Shown here: piece by piece, positions 13,033 to 25,415 of the stretch
Layout: each line of letters starts with the position of its first letter
Position numbering within the stretch: the stretch's first letter is position 1
NCBI GenBank assembly: GCA_032718475.1
Contig: JAUCBJ010008086.1
Span: 43,123-107,122, forward strand
Reading direction: 5' to 3'
DNA from: Nemertoderma westbladi
Taxonomy: Eukaryota; Animalia; Xenacoelomorpha
DNA: 64,000 nt
The notes under the pieces: model-generated
What the model was told of the DNA's origin: nothing
What the model saw: the letters and a program-made list of their open reading frames with translations, nothing else
The model's database searches: none
Position numbers and translations under genes: made by a program

Positions 13033-15660
13033 ATGCCAAAGTTGAAGGATGTTCCATGTTTTAATTTGGGGCAGAAGTTATCATGGTTTAATGAAGTAAT
13101 TATAGATATATATGAACTGTCACCAGGAGGTACACTAAGCAATGAACATTCACATAGAACTGCTACTGTAAATTCATATGTAGATTCTTTGATAGAACAG
13201 TGGACAAAGGCATTTGGAGCTGAGCATGTGGCTCACCACACCACGATTAAGAAACATATTCGAAATGGCTTAAAGTCGTATTACAATGATGTGATGTCTA
13301 AAGGTAAACTTAAAGCAGCATTAGCTGGGAAATCACATATAGAACGTTTGAGAGCTTGGTGGAATAAATGTAGAAAATAACAGGCTCTTTGAATGGTTTA
13401 AAAGTTCATCAAATCCAGATGAATTTGAAGAATCGGAAAAGGTATTTTACAATAATCAGAAATCACTAAGGCGAGTAGGATATTTAAATGATAAAGAAGT
13501 AGATGAAGAATACGAAATGTAGAAATTGAGAAGAAATTGTGGCAGCACATGAGGTTGATCGGTATAGAGAGGAATTTATTGATACAGTAGAAATTCAAAG
13601 CACTTCAGCAGGAAGTGAGAAGTTTCACTTCCATCAGCACTATTCACGTTCTGGATTTGCAAAGTATGAGGTAACAATAACAGATGTAGAGGGACAAACA
13701 AATATTTCTGAAAACTGGAATCCTCCAGCGATTCGAAAAGAGATTTTTAAAGAAAATATACAAGCAGCTTGTGCCACAGTATCAGCTGCAACTGGCTTGT
13801 CAGCTGAATTATCCCGAATTGCTGTGCAAAAAAACCTGTGATGTTCTTTATAATCATAAATATTACCTATCTCAAGAATACAGACAAAGTCATCGATATG
13901 AACATGATCTAGAAGTAGTAGAACCAGCTTCAAAACTACAAAAAAAAACAGAAAAATGTACTACTCCACACTCATCAAAACAGTACAAAATTATAGATGG
14001 ATCCTGCCTTCAGCTAAAGTCATAACTCTCCACAAACAGCAACAAGCCGCAACAGAGGATAACTATGCTGGTTTGGTGTTACTAAATAAAACTGATGATA
14101 GTGTTGCAACATGTCAATATGAATCCACTTCACGAAGCTCAATAGATGGTGAATGGCCTGTGATTCTTTTAAACATATCTAATAAGCAATCAAAGGCAAC
14201 CCAACAGTTATTTCAACTTAGGTCAATACTATTTGCTTATGAGGATCGAGCTAACATTATTGGTAGATTAATAGTGGAATCCTATGAAAGAATGGCAACT
14301 GCTTTCTCTATTGCTACTTCCAAGTCTGTTAAAGGAATTCAGTTGTGGGTAAAAACTGATTGCTTGATGACAGATTCAGTATCAAAGAACCCGTTAATTT
14401 AAGATATTGTTTCTGAAACATTTGGATCTGATTATAAACCAAAGCATCTTCTGTGTGACAAATTGGATAACTGCATGCTTAAAGTGTGTGGTGATGTTGA
14501 AAAATGATTACAAATGCAGGATAGGATGTTACGTGCATTACCTGGCATGAGGCCGTTCTTACATGGAACGACTGCAGTAGTGGCTGGTATTAAGAGTATT
14601 TTAAAGCTCATATCACATGATAAGTCAGGTCAAAGTTGCTCGCTTGCAGAGGAGTTTGACAATCTAATAGAGAGTAAAGGTCAAGTTAAGCATCTTGTTC
14701 AATATCACGAACGCCGCTTTTCAAAGTTGGGATATTCAGCAGCCTCCATTTTAGCCTGATTCCACTTCTAACTCAACTACTTAATGAAACACCTAGATCT
14801 AACCTTTTAGTTGATTCATCGAGTATTCGAGAATTTTTGGAATGTGAATTCTTCATAACCGAACTACAGGCACTATCTTACTTTATACACAAAGTAATTC
14901 TTCCTTTGCTAAACTGTATAGAATGTTGTGAACAAGAAGATATTTTCTAAACTGTATGCTGACTTGAAAGATGAAAAGGTTGATACACTAATTGAGTACA
15001 TTGTACAATATAGGCACATACCAGTCTATGAGCCAACTTCTGATATTGGAAAGACATTGGTTAATAGAATATGTACAGAAGCAGCTGAAGGTTTAAGAAT
15101 TCAGAGAGGTAGGGAATATGGCTTTGGAGATGTGTGGCAGAAATCGAGGGGAACTACTGAAGTAGACGAGTTAGATGTGGAAGAACGAAAAGGCTTACAG
15201 AACATTTCGTAATATAATTGCAGAGAGAGAGTTGGTGGTCGGTGGTCTTTGACAAGAGATCATGGGTTGCCAAGTTTCGAAATCACAAATTCAAGGCTAA
15301 AGGTATTTGTACAGATATGCAGCCATACAATACTCCGAGAACAAAACATGTTGACAAAACTGTTCGGGCTATACAGAAAGCATTAAGTATATGAGAAGAA
15401 GCTTGGGATGATGAACAAAAACGCATGAATGATAAAATATAGAAACTAAGATGAAGAATGGTATTAAAGAATGCACATACACAAATTGTCTTCTAAAATC
15501 ATGTAAGAGTTGGAATGGTCCTTGTACATCATCAGAAGAATTGCTACAAATAGTGTGCCGAAAGCCAGACCAGAAAGATCAAATCATCAAAACAGAGCTA
15601 GCGAATTTCGTTCATACACATACATAAGAGTGATAGACTTGGCCGTGAAGATCTATTCTA
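13033..15660 (+). pseudogene. Decayed DNA-transposase-like gene (DDE, possibly hAT-related), many frameshifts
   Basis: Chain of same-strand ORF pieces over 2.6 kb with ESTSR..IDGEW, LMTDSVSKN, KHLLC, YHERRFSKLG and QRGREYGFG; motif order resembles D...TD...C..H...R(W/F)...ER transposases. Confidence 0.5.
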
Positions 15661-16579
15661 CCTTAATGGTATTACTGGTAATATTGTAATCGATTTTTCG
15701 CGCCTCCATAGGCAAACATACAAAATACACTTCCTCATGACTCTGATTTAAAAACGAAATAATTACAACATAATTATTCCCCCTTTCCTATCCCGCTGTA
15801 ACATTCATCCCAGAGATATTCACCGAAATATTCATCCTAGATATATTCACCAAAATATTCATCTCAGAATATTATCCAATATCCCATATTATGACTCATA
15901 TGACTCATTGTCCCAACCCAGACCTCCTTAGTCATGGCGGGCATGCCAAGCCCTGCCTTGTGCACCCAATACAGTCCATCCAGGGTACTTTCCAGGGTCC
16001 ATTGTTATCCAATACATCCCTTCCCTTACACCAGCCCCCAGCACACAGCCTACTGCCACCACCCAATAGCAGTAGGGAATGATTGACTAGTCACCTTCAA
16101 AACTCCATCCAGGTACCAAATTAATTAGTCTATTATAATGAGTAATCATACTTTAACATGGTTTGAACGTAAAGTCTCTGCCCAGAAGTCCACCTGTGCG
16201 CAGGTGATAATTAGGGGTCAACTCCATATTGACCCCACATCGGGTTATAAATAGGGCCGCATCAGGACAAAAAACAAGAGTCTTCAACCCCAGCTGCCTG
16301 CAGTGAGCCCTGCTCCTCAGTACAGCAAAAGTTTAGCCTAGAAGTCAGCTCTGTTCCAAGTTGGGGCCGTCTTTGTTGCTGGGTCGGGCCTGCGAAAGGC
16401 GTTGCGATTGCCAAAATGTTCAAAAATGGTATTCCCCATTTCTGTTTTTACAATAAAACTATTTAATTCAAATTTTTAATCTTATCAAGCGTTACAGTAG
16501 ATTACAACTTGAGCACGAAATAAAATAAAAAATTTATCACCCGTCATATAAAGTTACCAATAACATCATCATATAATAT

Positions 16580-17918
16580 AAGCTACAAAGCTTTACAATA
16601 GGATTCTATTAAATCGCTTCATGGATCCCATTGAGAGACTGCTCCGTGGAAATCAGAATGGGTTCCGTAACGGTCGTGGGACCATGGAGCCCATTTTGGA
16701 ACTTAGAAGGATAATTGAAGAATTATCAAAAAAGATTGACAGGCATCTGGCTGTTATCTTTGTTGACTTCTTCAAGGCCTTTGATTCAGTCTCTCGCTCA
16801 CGTATGTTCAGCATACTTTCATTATATGGGATTCCTGATGAAATTATTGCAGCAATCAGATCAGTATACGATGGTTCGACAACATTTGTGTCTACTGTTG
16901 ACGGTGACACAGAACCATTTGAAGTGTTATGGGGCGTCCTCCAAGGAGACACACTTGCACCATTCTTGTTCATTATTGTGGTTGACTATGTTCTACGCAT
17001 GTCCTTAGATCATCATAATGATGATGGGGTGATGATATCTCCACCTACTGGCTCCAGAAGTAGAGGAAATCCTGCCAAGTACCTAACTGATCTAGACTTT
17101 GCTGATGACTTAGGAGTACTCTCAGAATCATTAGAGGGAGCCCAACGGCTCCTCAGCTCATTAGAACATGCTGCTTCTAGTGTTGGTCTTTTTATTAACT
17201 CCAGAAAGACCAAAATTTTGACAGTTAACTTTGAAAGTCCTCAGCAAGTCTCTGATCGGATGAGCATAAGCTCAAAGGATGGTATGCTTGAGCATGTGGA
17301 CGACTTCTGTTACCTGGGATCATGGATCCGGAAGTCAGGTGAGGAGGACCTTCGAATACGTAAGGGAAAGGCATGGGCAGCCTTGAATAGGCTTTCCAGG
17401 ATTTGGAAGTCACCGAGAATTAATCGGAAACTTAAGGTCCGATTATTTAGAGCATCAGTAGTTCCAGTACTCCTCTACGGGAGTCCGTGCTGGGCTCTAA
17501 CTGCTGAGGACACCAAATCTCTGGATGGCACATTCACAAGAATGCTACGCCGGGTTCATTGTGTCAAGTACAATGCACACATCTCCAACCAGACACTATA
17601 TAACATTGGAAGTGTCTCATTGGTTCCCCCAAGCTTGACACTAGAACAAAATTGCCTCCGCTTTGCAGGACATTGCTTTCGCCGTGAGGACCAGCCAGTG
17701 CATAATCTTGTACTTTGGCAGCCTCATGGAGTGAATAAGCATGGTGGACAGCCCATGACTTTTTTGAGACGCATCTTAAAGGACACTGGCCTTGAAGATG
17801 CGGATGATCTAGCAAATGTCATGGGTGATAGGGGGTTGTGGCGGTGCAATTTTGTTGACAAGCCGGCACAGCATTCTTAAAAATGCAGCTGCAATGCAGC
17901 ATGCCTATCCTAGTAGTA
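16580..17918 (+). mobile_element. RTE-clade LINE family A, 5'-truncated copy with open RT domain (ORF 16621-17880)
   Basis: QNGFR.GR.T, FVDF.KAFDS, GVLQGDTLAP.LF, DFADD, F.YLGS, LLYGS..W, RLRFAGH motifs; short 3' UTR ending in (TAG)n. Confidence 0.92.
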
Positions 17919-18469
17919 TAACTATGAATTGCAGCAATTGTATTTTGAACATTAGGGTTAACTTTTCCTAATGAAGATGTTGGTTCAATGAACAAATTCA
18001 CATTAGTTTTTAAAAATAATTTTAGTCATGTTCAAAATAGAATCATTAATACAAGGAATTCCAAATAATGAAGTGCTACGGCTACCACAGTACTGGCCTA
18101 ACGGCCATATACGTAACCGGCCATTACGGCCTAACGTGTTGTCGATATGGCCTTAAAAAAAGAGGCCAGTTCTTTTTACACTATTTTGATATGGGGAGAG
18201 TTCTATAAATTGTCATTTGCTGCAATTTGGTCAACGGACGTAATTGAAGCCTCCTCGTTAAGCAAAATAAACAATTTTATGGTAGCTAGTGTTTTAGGAG
18301 GTTTAGCTAGTAATTTCGACACTGGTTCCGATATCCTACTTCCCTCTATATATTTTTGTAGTAGCTAGTTCTTGTTACTATTTGTATAGAAAATGTTCCA
18401 GAACATGTTAGCTATTCATTTTAAGAAAAAATCACGTTCTAGAACAAATATTTTTTGTTCTAGAACATT

Positions 18470-20150
18470 TTTTAGAAGAGCAAAATGGTATAGCTGTAAG
18501 GAAAAATAGGACCATGGTAGAGTGTGTTAGGGCAATGTTAGATAATGCAGGCCTCACAAAGAATTCTGGGCTGAAGCAATATAGACAGCAACCTATATAC
18601 AAAATAGGACTTTAACAAGAGCTGTTGATGGATTTGTTCCAGTTGAAGGATTCTATGGCAAGAAACCATCCATAGCTGGATCCACCTATCCAAAAACTTA
18701 AGAAATGGGATATGAAAAGTGTAAGGCAAATTTTCATAGGATATTCGGGGGAGACCAAGGGATACCGTGTGTATAATCCAGCAACAAAGAAAGCCATAAT
18801 CAGTCATGACATAAGATTTAATGAGAGCTGTTTCGGAGGCCGTATTCGTAAAACTGAATATGTTGCTGATAAAAACTTAGATGAGTCTGAAGTAGAGGAC
18901 TCTGAGAGGGCTCTAGATATAAAGGAGGAGGATAAGATACCTGTGGTGGTAGAGGTTGAGAACAAAAATCCTACCTTAAGGCGTCCATCAAGAGCTACAA
19001 AGGCACCAGAACGCTACGGTCAACTTGCAGACAAAAATCAAGTCGAAAATGAAATATTCTTAACATATAATGAAGAACCAAAGACAATTACTGAAGCATT
19101 AGCTGGGGAACATTCAAAGGAATGGTACCAAGCAATTAATTCGGAATACAAGTCACTAATAGACAATGAAACATGGGAATTGGTAGAATTGCCCGAAGGA
19201 AGGGAAGAGTTGGTTGTAAATGGACATTCAAGGTCAAAACTGATTCTGAGGTCAATGTTGATAGGTATAAAGCCAGATTGGTTGCACAGGGATATAGCCA
19301 ACAACCTGGAGTATATTTCACTGAGACTTTTTCACCAGTTTCTCGCTGTACTTCAATACGAACTGTTCTTGCTATAGCAAACGAGCTAAACCTCGATGTG
19401 CACCAAATGGATGTCCAAACTGGGTTCTTAAATGGAAGATTAGAAGAAAACATATATATGAAACAACCAGAGGGTTTTATTAAAACTGGCAATGAACATT
19501 TAGTTTGTAAACTTGAGAAAAGTATATATGGACTAAAACAAGCTACATGGTGTTGGTTTGATACAATGGATGATTACTTGAAGAGAATTGGATATATACC
19601 ATCTCATGGAGACCCTTGTGTTTACATTAAATATATTGGGAGTACTTTTATCATTCTTACATTATATGTCGATGACTTAATTATGGCGTCTAATAACCTA
19701 TAAATATTAGATAAGGATAAAATATTACTAAAGACAAAGTTTAGAATGAAGGATTTGGGAGACATGGAATACTGCTTGGGGATAAAGATAACAAGAGATA
19801 GAAGTAACAGAACAATGAAACTTACTCAGCAAACCTACCTAGAATCTCTATTGATGAAATTTGGCATGGAAAACACGAATCCAGTGTCGACCCCTCTGGA
19901 AATAGGTTGTGCACTTGCACCTAATGATTACGATGCTGCCGAACCAAGAGTATACCAAGCAATCATGGGATGTCTCACATATGTTGTTTATGCTACACGT
20001 CCAGACCTAGCAAGCGCTCTCAGTCAGGTAAATCAGTTCTGTTCCAATCCTGGGGAGGCGCATTGGAAAGCTCTCAAGCGTATTCTTCGATACATCAAAG
20101 GGACAATGGAAATTGGGTTAACTTTCAAGGGGAGCTTTAAAGTTGTATTT
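18470..20150 (+). mobile_element. pol: Ty1/Copia pol relic (integrase end, RT, start of RNase H) with frameshifts
   Basis: FIGY...[73 protein letters not shown]. Confidence 0.92.
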
Positions 20151-20258
20151 TGTATTTTAAAATTGTATTTCTAAAAGAATGCTAGCCGATATAATGACCT
20201 AACAGTTACCGAAAGCAACATTTGAAAACCTAAGAAAAAGTTTTATAGACTAATTAGC

Positions 20259-20440
20259 GAGGGGGAGTGATGGAAACTAAGATCAGTTCGCTAATTATTA
20301 TTATTTAACTTTTATATGACCTAAGTTACCTTTTCTTGGTGAAGGTGAAGGTGTATTCTATTAGTATTATAATTGTTTATGGCCTTCTGTTGTGCTCTTC
20401 CCAGTACATGTCCGGACAGTTTGAATATTATGGTTTTACA
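20259..20440 (+). repeat. Copia polypurine tract and start of 3' LTR
   Basis: GAGGGGGAG followed directly by TG at 20268, downstream of the pol relic; LTR 3' end uncertain. Confidence 0.6.
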
Positions 20441-20523
20441 AACAGCTTTTACTTTTCAATACTCTAGCTACTAATTTAGGTAGGACAGTTAAACCCATAG
20501 AGAATTGCGACCGGTATATTTAT

Positions 20524-20875
20524 AATTTATTATTGGTGTTATGGGTGAATGAGTGAGTGGTTTCAAACACTACCCTTTCATTGTAGCGAGTGGTTAAAGA
20601 CGGCCAAGTACGGTAGGGTTGAGCACAGTGGCAGCATATGATGGTATTGACAGATGGGGGGCCATGATGAGGTAAATTGCAGACATACAAGGTATCAGAT
20701 AGTATTTCCAGGTCTATCTTTTACCTGAGCTGCCAGCTGAATGGTTAGAGCGTCAGACTTCCAACCCGGAGGTCACCAGTTCGATCCCACCTGGATGTCA
20801 TTGCCGACTTTGCAAAAACTGTGCCCAAAAAAAAGTTATAATAATATGAAACCACTCATTCACCAATAATAAATT
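20524..20875 (+). mobile_element. Short TIR-flanked repeat carrying a tRNA-like A/B-box segment
   Basis: Ends AATTTATTATTGGTG..AATGAGT(GAGT)GGTTTCA / TGAAACCACTCATTCACCAATAATAAATT are inverted; internal AGCTGAATGGTTAGAGCG...CCAGTTCGATCC at ~20735-20790; second copy at 2672-2898. Confidence 0.65.
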
Positions 20876-21129
20876 TAAAATTATGGTTATTATATGCAGT
20901 TTTTTATTATTTGGGACATTTTTTTTTTTATTTAGCTGAGCTTTTAAAACTCTCCATCTTGTTTTTTCATTTTTAACGTTGATTAACTATTATTTTACAT
21001 AAATATACTAATACAAATAATATGTATGTCAACAGTAGCTACAGTAAAGGTTGAATGGTGAAGGGAATTAGAGTTGTGGAGTGAGATTTGGGATATAATA
21101 CAATAGTGCATAGTGCATAGTGCTATTAC

Positions 21130-22370
21130 TCCAAGTATGACGTCTGCACTTTTCCCCAAAATGTTGACCCCCTCCCTCCCCTAAATCAGATGTCATCAGA
21201 TAGGCGTTGACCCCCCCCCCCCCCCCCCCCCTCTCCCCTAAATCAAATTAAAAAAATTTTCGGGTCCTAATCACTGAAACATGGTGACTGGTAACTGAAA
21301 CAGAAGGTCGTGCTACGGGCCTTCGGGGGCTTCGAACAATTAAAATAGGCAAGCTATTTACTCTTCTGCTATATCTCTTCTAGCACCTATAAATGAACAT
21401 GCTGACGTCAGATTTTGGCTGATCCCCTCCCCTCCCCCCATCAGCACGTCATCAGATTTTCATTGACATTGCCCTGCTCTCTAATACGCTAGCAGATGCA
21501 CAGCTTCTACTAGATAAAGTGGAGAGGGCTGCTAAGGAGGTTGGATTGCATATAAATGCTACCAAGACCGAATTCATGACCTTTAATGTTGATGGAAACT
21601 TGACAACCATTGATAATAATCAACTAAGGCAGGTCGATGACTTCCAGTACCTTGGATCATGGATAGAGAGTAGCAAAAAGGACATAGAGGTTAGGAAAGC
21701 AAAGGCTTGGGTAGCTCTATCAAAAATGGATACCATCTGGAAATCAGATCTCTCCAGGCACCTGAAGACCAAGTTCTTTCGAGCCACAGTGGAAAGTGTA
21801 TTTTTATACGGGGGTGAGACCTGGACACTGACTAAATCACTTGAACAACGAATTGATGGTTGCTACACAAGACTACTAAGGGCAGCCCTAAACATCAGCT
21901 GGAGACAACACATGACAAACGCCGAGCTTTATGGTACAATACCACCTGTATCAACCACCCTCCGTGAACGCAGATTAAGATTCAGTGGCCACTGCTGGCG
22001 AAGTAAAGACGAGGTCATACCAGATCTACTTCTCTGGCAACCAACTCATGGAAAGCGTAGTCGTGGACGACCTGCCATAACATATATAGATCAACTTGAA
22101 AGGGATACTGAACTTGGGAGAAACGAAATTGCGACAACTATGGAGAATCGGGAAGCCTGGAAGGATCGCATTTCCACTGTCCGAGTTCGCTCGACCTAGT
22201 AGTAGTAGTAGTAGTAGCTATATCTCTTCTAGCACCTATAAATGAACATGCTGACGTCAGATTTTGGCTGACCCCTCCCCTCCCCTCCCCCCATCAGCAC
22301 GTCATCAGATTTTCCCAACCCCCCCCCCCCCCCCCCCCCTAAAGTGCTGACGTCTTACTTGGACGGCCCC
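21130..22370. mobile_element. MITE interrupted by an RTE insertion
   Basis: TCCAAGTATGACGTCTGCACTTT (21130-21152) is inverted to AAAGTGCTGACGTCTTACTTGGA (22341-22363); internal GACCCCC and TGACGTCA subrepeats. Confidence 0.7.
21462..22216 (+). mobile_element. RTE-clade LINE family B, 5'-truncated, (TAG)n tail, ~94-bp target-site duplication
   Basis: ORF 21519-22199: GLHINATKTEFM, DDFQYLGSW, LYGGETW, RRLRFSGHCWR, GKRSRGRP; flanked by direct repeats 21368-21461 and 22217-22314. Confidence 0.92.
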
Positions 22371-23110
22371 ATATGTAATTGACCAACAACTTCTACAATT
22401 ATAGGAAATTTATTTAATCTACTAGAAAGCCCGGACTTTCTAGTTAGACCGCAAGCTGGCACAAAGTGAGAAATTAAGTGTTATCAATGGATTAAAAGTC
22501 ATATGAACTGAACTGCCTTTGGAAATTTCTGCTTAATGAGTTTCCCCAGTGACAATAATAATTAGATATTATAATTCTTTATAATAACCAAATTTAATTG
22601 ATTACCAAATCATTCTGAACAAAATAATTAATTTCAACCAATAAAAGTTGTAAACAACACAATTATGCAATGGAATATCAAATAAGACAATTGATTCCAG
22701 ATGAGATCCGGCCAAAAAATCGACGTGGCTCAAATTTTTTTCAATTACGATTCTTCCATTCCGTGCTCGGATTACACGCGACCGACCCCCTTGTAGATAA
22801 TTTATCTGGGCTCGGACTCACGAATCAATCTCCAGTGTCGCCAGTTAGAGAATTTGTAGTCCCCATTCATGAAACATATCAATTACAATCGGGTGACTCC
22901 ATTGGCTGTTTCTTTAATGCATAGTGAACGTTATCAGGATGGACAACTCGGGAAGATCAAAAGATGAGACCGTAGAGTTGGCCATCACGATTTAATATTT
23001 GTCGAGCATCCCGTTGCTGAGCAGTTTCACTGCCACGCATTATTGTAGTTGCAACTCGATCCACTGTCCGGCGAGTTGCCCATTCCGCGGCAGATTCTAA
23101 AGATAGCACT

Positions 23111-24396
23111 TGTAAAACCTTCTGTGGGATATAACTGGCCCTTTTGCTTTGCAATCCAGTTTCCCCCCAGGCGCTGGAATACTCTAAAAGGCTCTCTAAC
23201 TATATATATATTCCCCTCACCCGCAAGGTACCGTAATAGGTGTTTTAACGGACATAAACGTCATTCTTCTATATGTGTGCTTTGGCGGACATGGTAAGGC
23301 TAAAAAACCCGCAATGCACCAAATACCCTGGCCCAGCTTAGCCTTGATGATTCAGATTACGACATCTAACAGCTGGTTGCTGACATGGAAACGGCCATTG
23401 GACACATGGTTCTTTGTTTAGCTTAAGCCAATCAGAGCGATTTCTTCTGTCGATGTGGAGATATTCAGCAGATCGTGCTAGTAGTGTTCAGTCTTACTGT
23501 TTTTCCTTGATACTGTTGTGTTGTTTCTATCTAGGCCAGGAACACCGGCTCTAGAGTCAATTCGTTTCAGACTTTAGAAGAAACATTAGTAGGCTTAAGA
23601 TTATAGAGCGTATAACTGTTATCAGTCATAACTTAACATATCATATCACATATCGGTCCATATCAGTTCAACTCATAACATATCATATCTTAACCTACCG
23701 TCTTAATGCTTTTTACTGTTGTCATATTTTGTATTAGTTGGTTGAATATTATTTGGAGAACATTTATAAAGAACCCAAATTTCCCAATTTTCTTGATACA
23801 CTACAGGTTAGAGAGACGGGTTATATATAGCGATTGCGACTTATATTGTTGTGGTATGTAGTGAATTTAATGCTATTTGATAAGCACTACATGAGTCAAT
23901 TGCTGTTCGCTTTATATATGATAAAATTCATTGACGGTCGGCAACTTAGTGAGCAGTATTGTGTGTTACCGGTAGTGTGCATGATTGTGACTGATAACTA
24001 AGCATTTCCTAAAGAATGCGCCTCATACGTGAATCATAAGCCTTACCGACTTACCGTTGTGATTAGTATAAGTCATATCTCTGTTTACCTAGATAGAGCG
24101 CCACGTCCTAAAGGAACTGTTAATATTTCCCGAAAGTGAATAATATTAGTCAGAAATTATTTATTAACGATCAATCGAATAATACAGTAAGCTTACACTG
24201 CAATAATAATCTAAGCCCTCAGAATCCAGTCTCCCGGGTATATCCAGCGGGTGAATGGACGCGCACTAGGCTGGCTTCTGCTAATGTTGTGTTTATTGGT
24301 ATTAAATATTTGTCAACTTCTAAAGTCTATTTATAAACCAAAAGACATATAAATTTTGGCAGGTTAAACTGCTAAAGGTCTTCAAAAGCGCGTACA
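23111..24396 (+). repeat. 5' LTR of BEL copy 1 (1286 bp)
   Basis: Starts TGTAAAA, ends AAAGCGCGTACA; both termini and the 3' half align with LTRs 41975-43174 and 52609-53292. Confidence 0.85.
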
Positions 24397-24407
24397 ATAA
24401 CAGTTAT
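24397..24407 (+). promoter_or_regulatory. Non-tRNA primer-binding position of copy 1, complementary to LTR segment 23612-23622
   Basis: ATAACAGTTAT is the reverse complement of ATAACTGTTAT (23612-23622); no TGG follows the LTR. Confidence 0.65.
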
Positions 24408-24461
24408 TGTCTTTATTGCAGTAAGCAATAAAGTTGAAAGTACCGGTCGACCGGTAAACCT

Positions 24462-24665
24462 GAACCGGTACTTCTGTAGGTCAGTAGGCCCAACTGCCAG
24501 AACCGGTACTGCTGTAGGTCCGTAGGTCCAACTGCCAGAACCGGTACTTCTGTAGGTCAGTAGGCCCAACTGCCAGAACCGGTACTGCTGTAGGTCCGTA
24601 GGTCCAACTGCCAGAACTGGTACTTCTGTAGGTCCGTAGGCCCAACTGTCCTAACCGGTACTTCC
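24462..24665 (+). repeat. 38-bp tandem repeat in BEL leader, ~5.4 copies
   Basis: GAACCGGTACTTCTGTAGGTCAGTAGGCCCAACTGCCA units; copy 2 has only ~2.5 units at 43242-43337. Confidence 0.9.
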
Positions 24666-24845
24666 AGTATAAGTACATTAGTATTATTCGATTTTGATTA
24701 TTGTATACCGGTAGGTCTCGATATTAAATCGGGGATGCCTGGTTTTTATTGGGATTTTACTTAGGTCTATTTCTGTCAGTTTTATTTCCTAGTAGGTTAA
24801 TATTGAGCTGAAGACGTGTAAGTCTGCTCAGATTGTTCAGATAAC

Positions 24846-25415
24846 TGTAGGCCGGACTGTTGTTGGATTGTTGTTGGGTTTGGAGAGATTACGGCGTGTG
24901 TAGAGTTTGTCTGATAAAGTGCCAGTTAGTAAGTTGGGGCAGCCATAGCTGTAAGGTCAATCCCCTCTTAAAGAATAAGTCGTACTACCGTGTTAGAACG
25001 CATACTAACTAACCATTTTGGAATCTGCACATACTGTAGTTTATTTAGGCTTGACAGTATTCTGCCAGCGTTTTGGCCTGTGTTTGTTTGTGTGGTCTGT
25101 TCAGGTACCGTAATAGTTATTACTCAGATATTTTGTAGGCTGGATTGTTGTCTAGCTATTATTAGGTCTGAAGAGATTGCTGCGTGTGTAGAGTTTGTCT
25201 GATAAAGTGCCAGTTAGTAAGTTGGGGCAGCCATAGCTGTAAGGTCAATCCCCTCTTAAAGAATAAGTCGTACTACCGTGTTAGAACGCATACTAACTAA
25301 CCATTTCGGAATCTGCACATACTGTAGTTTATTTAGGCTTGGTGATAGTCTGCCAGCGTTTGGTTTGTATTTTGTTTGAGTATTCTGTACGGGTAGCGTA
25401 ATATTTATTATTCAG
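24846..25415 (+). repeat. 288-bp tandem duplication in BEL leader
   Basis: GTGTGTAGAGTTTGTCTGATAAAGTGCCAG... at 24896 and 25184; the equivalent 290-bp pair in copy 2 starts at 43567 and 43857. Confidence 0.9.

Noticed and set aside
20728-20800. Possible tRNA gene
   Set aside because: T-arm and acceptor stem do not pair; part of a dispersed repeat
22690-23110. CpG-rich segment upstream of BEL copy 1
   Set aside because: No convincing frame or repeat partner in the window
24462-24665. CRISPR-like periodicity (also 8785-8978)
   Set aside because: Head-to-tail repeats with no unique spacers, no cas genes, eukaryotic context
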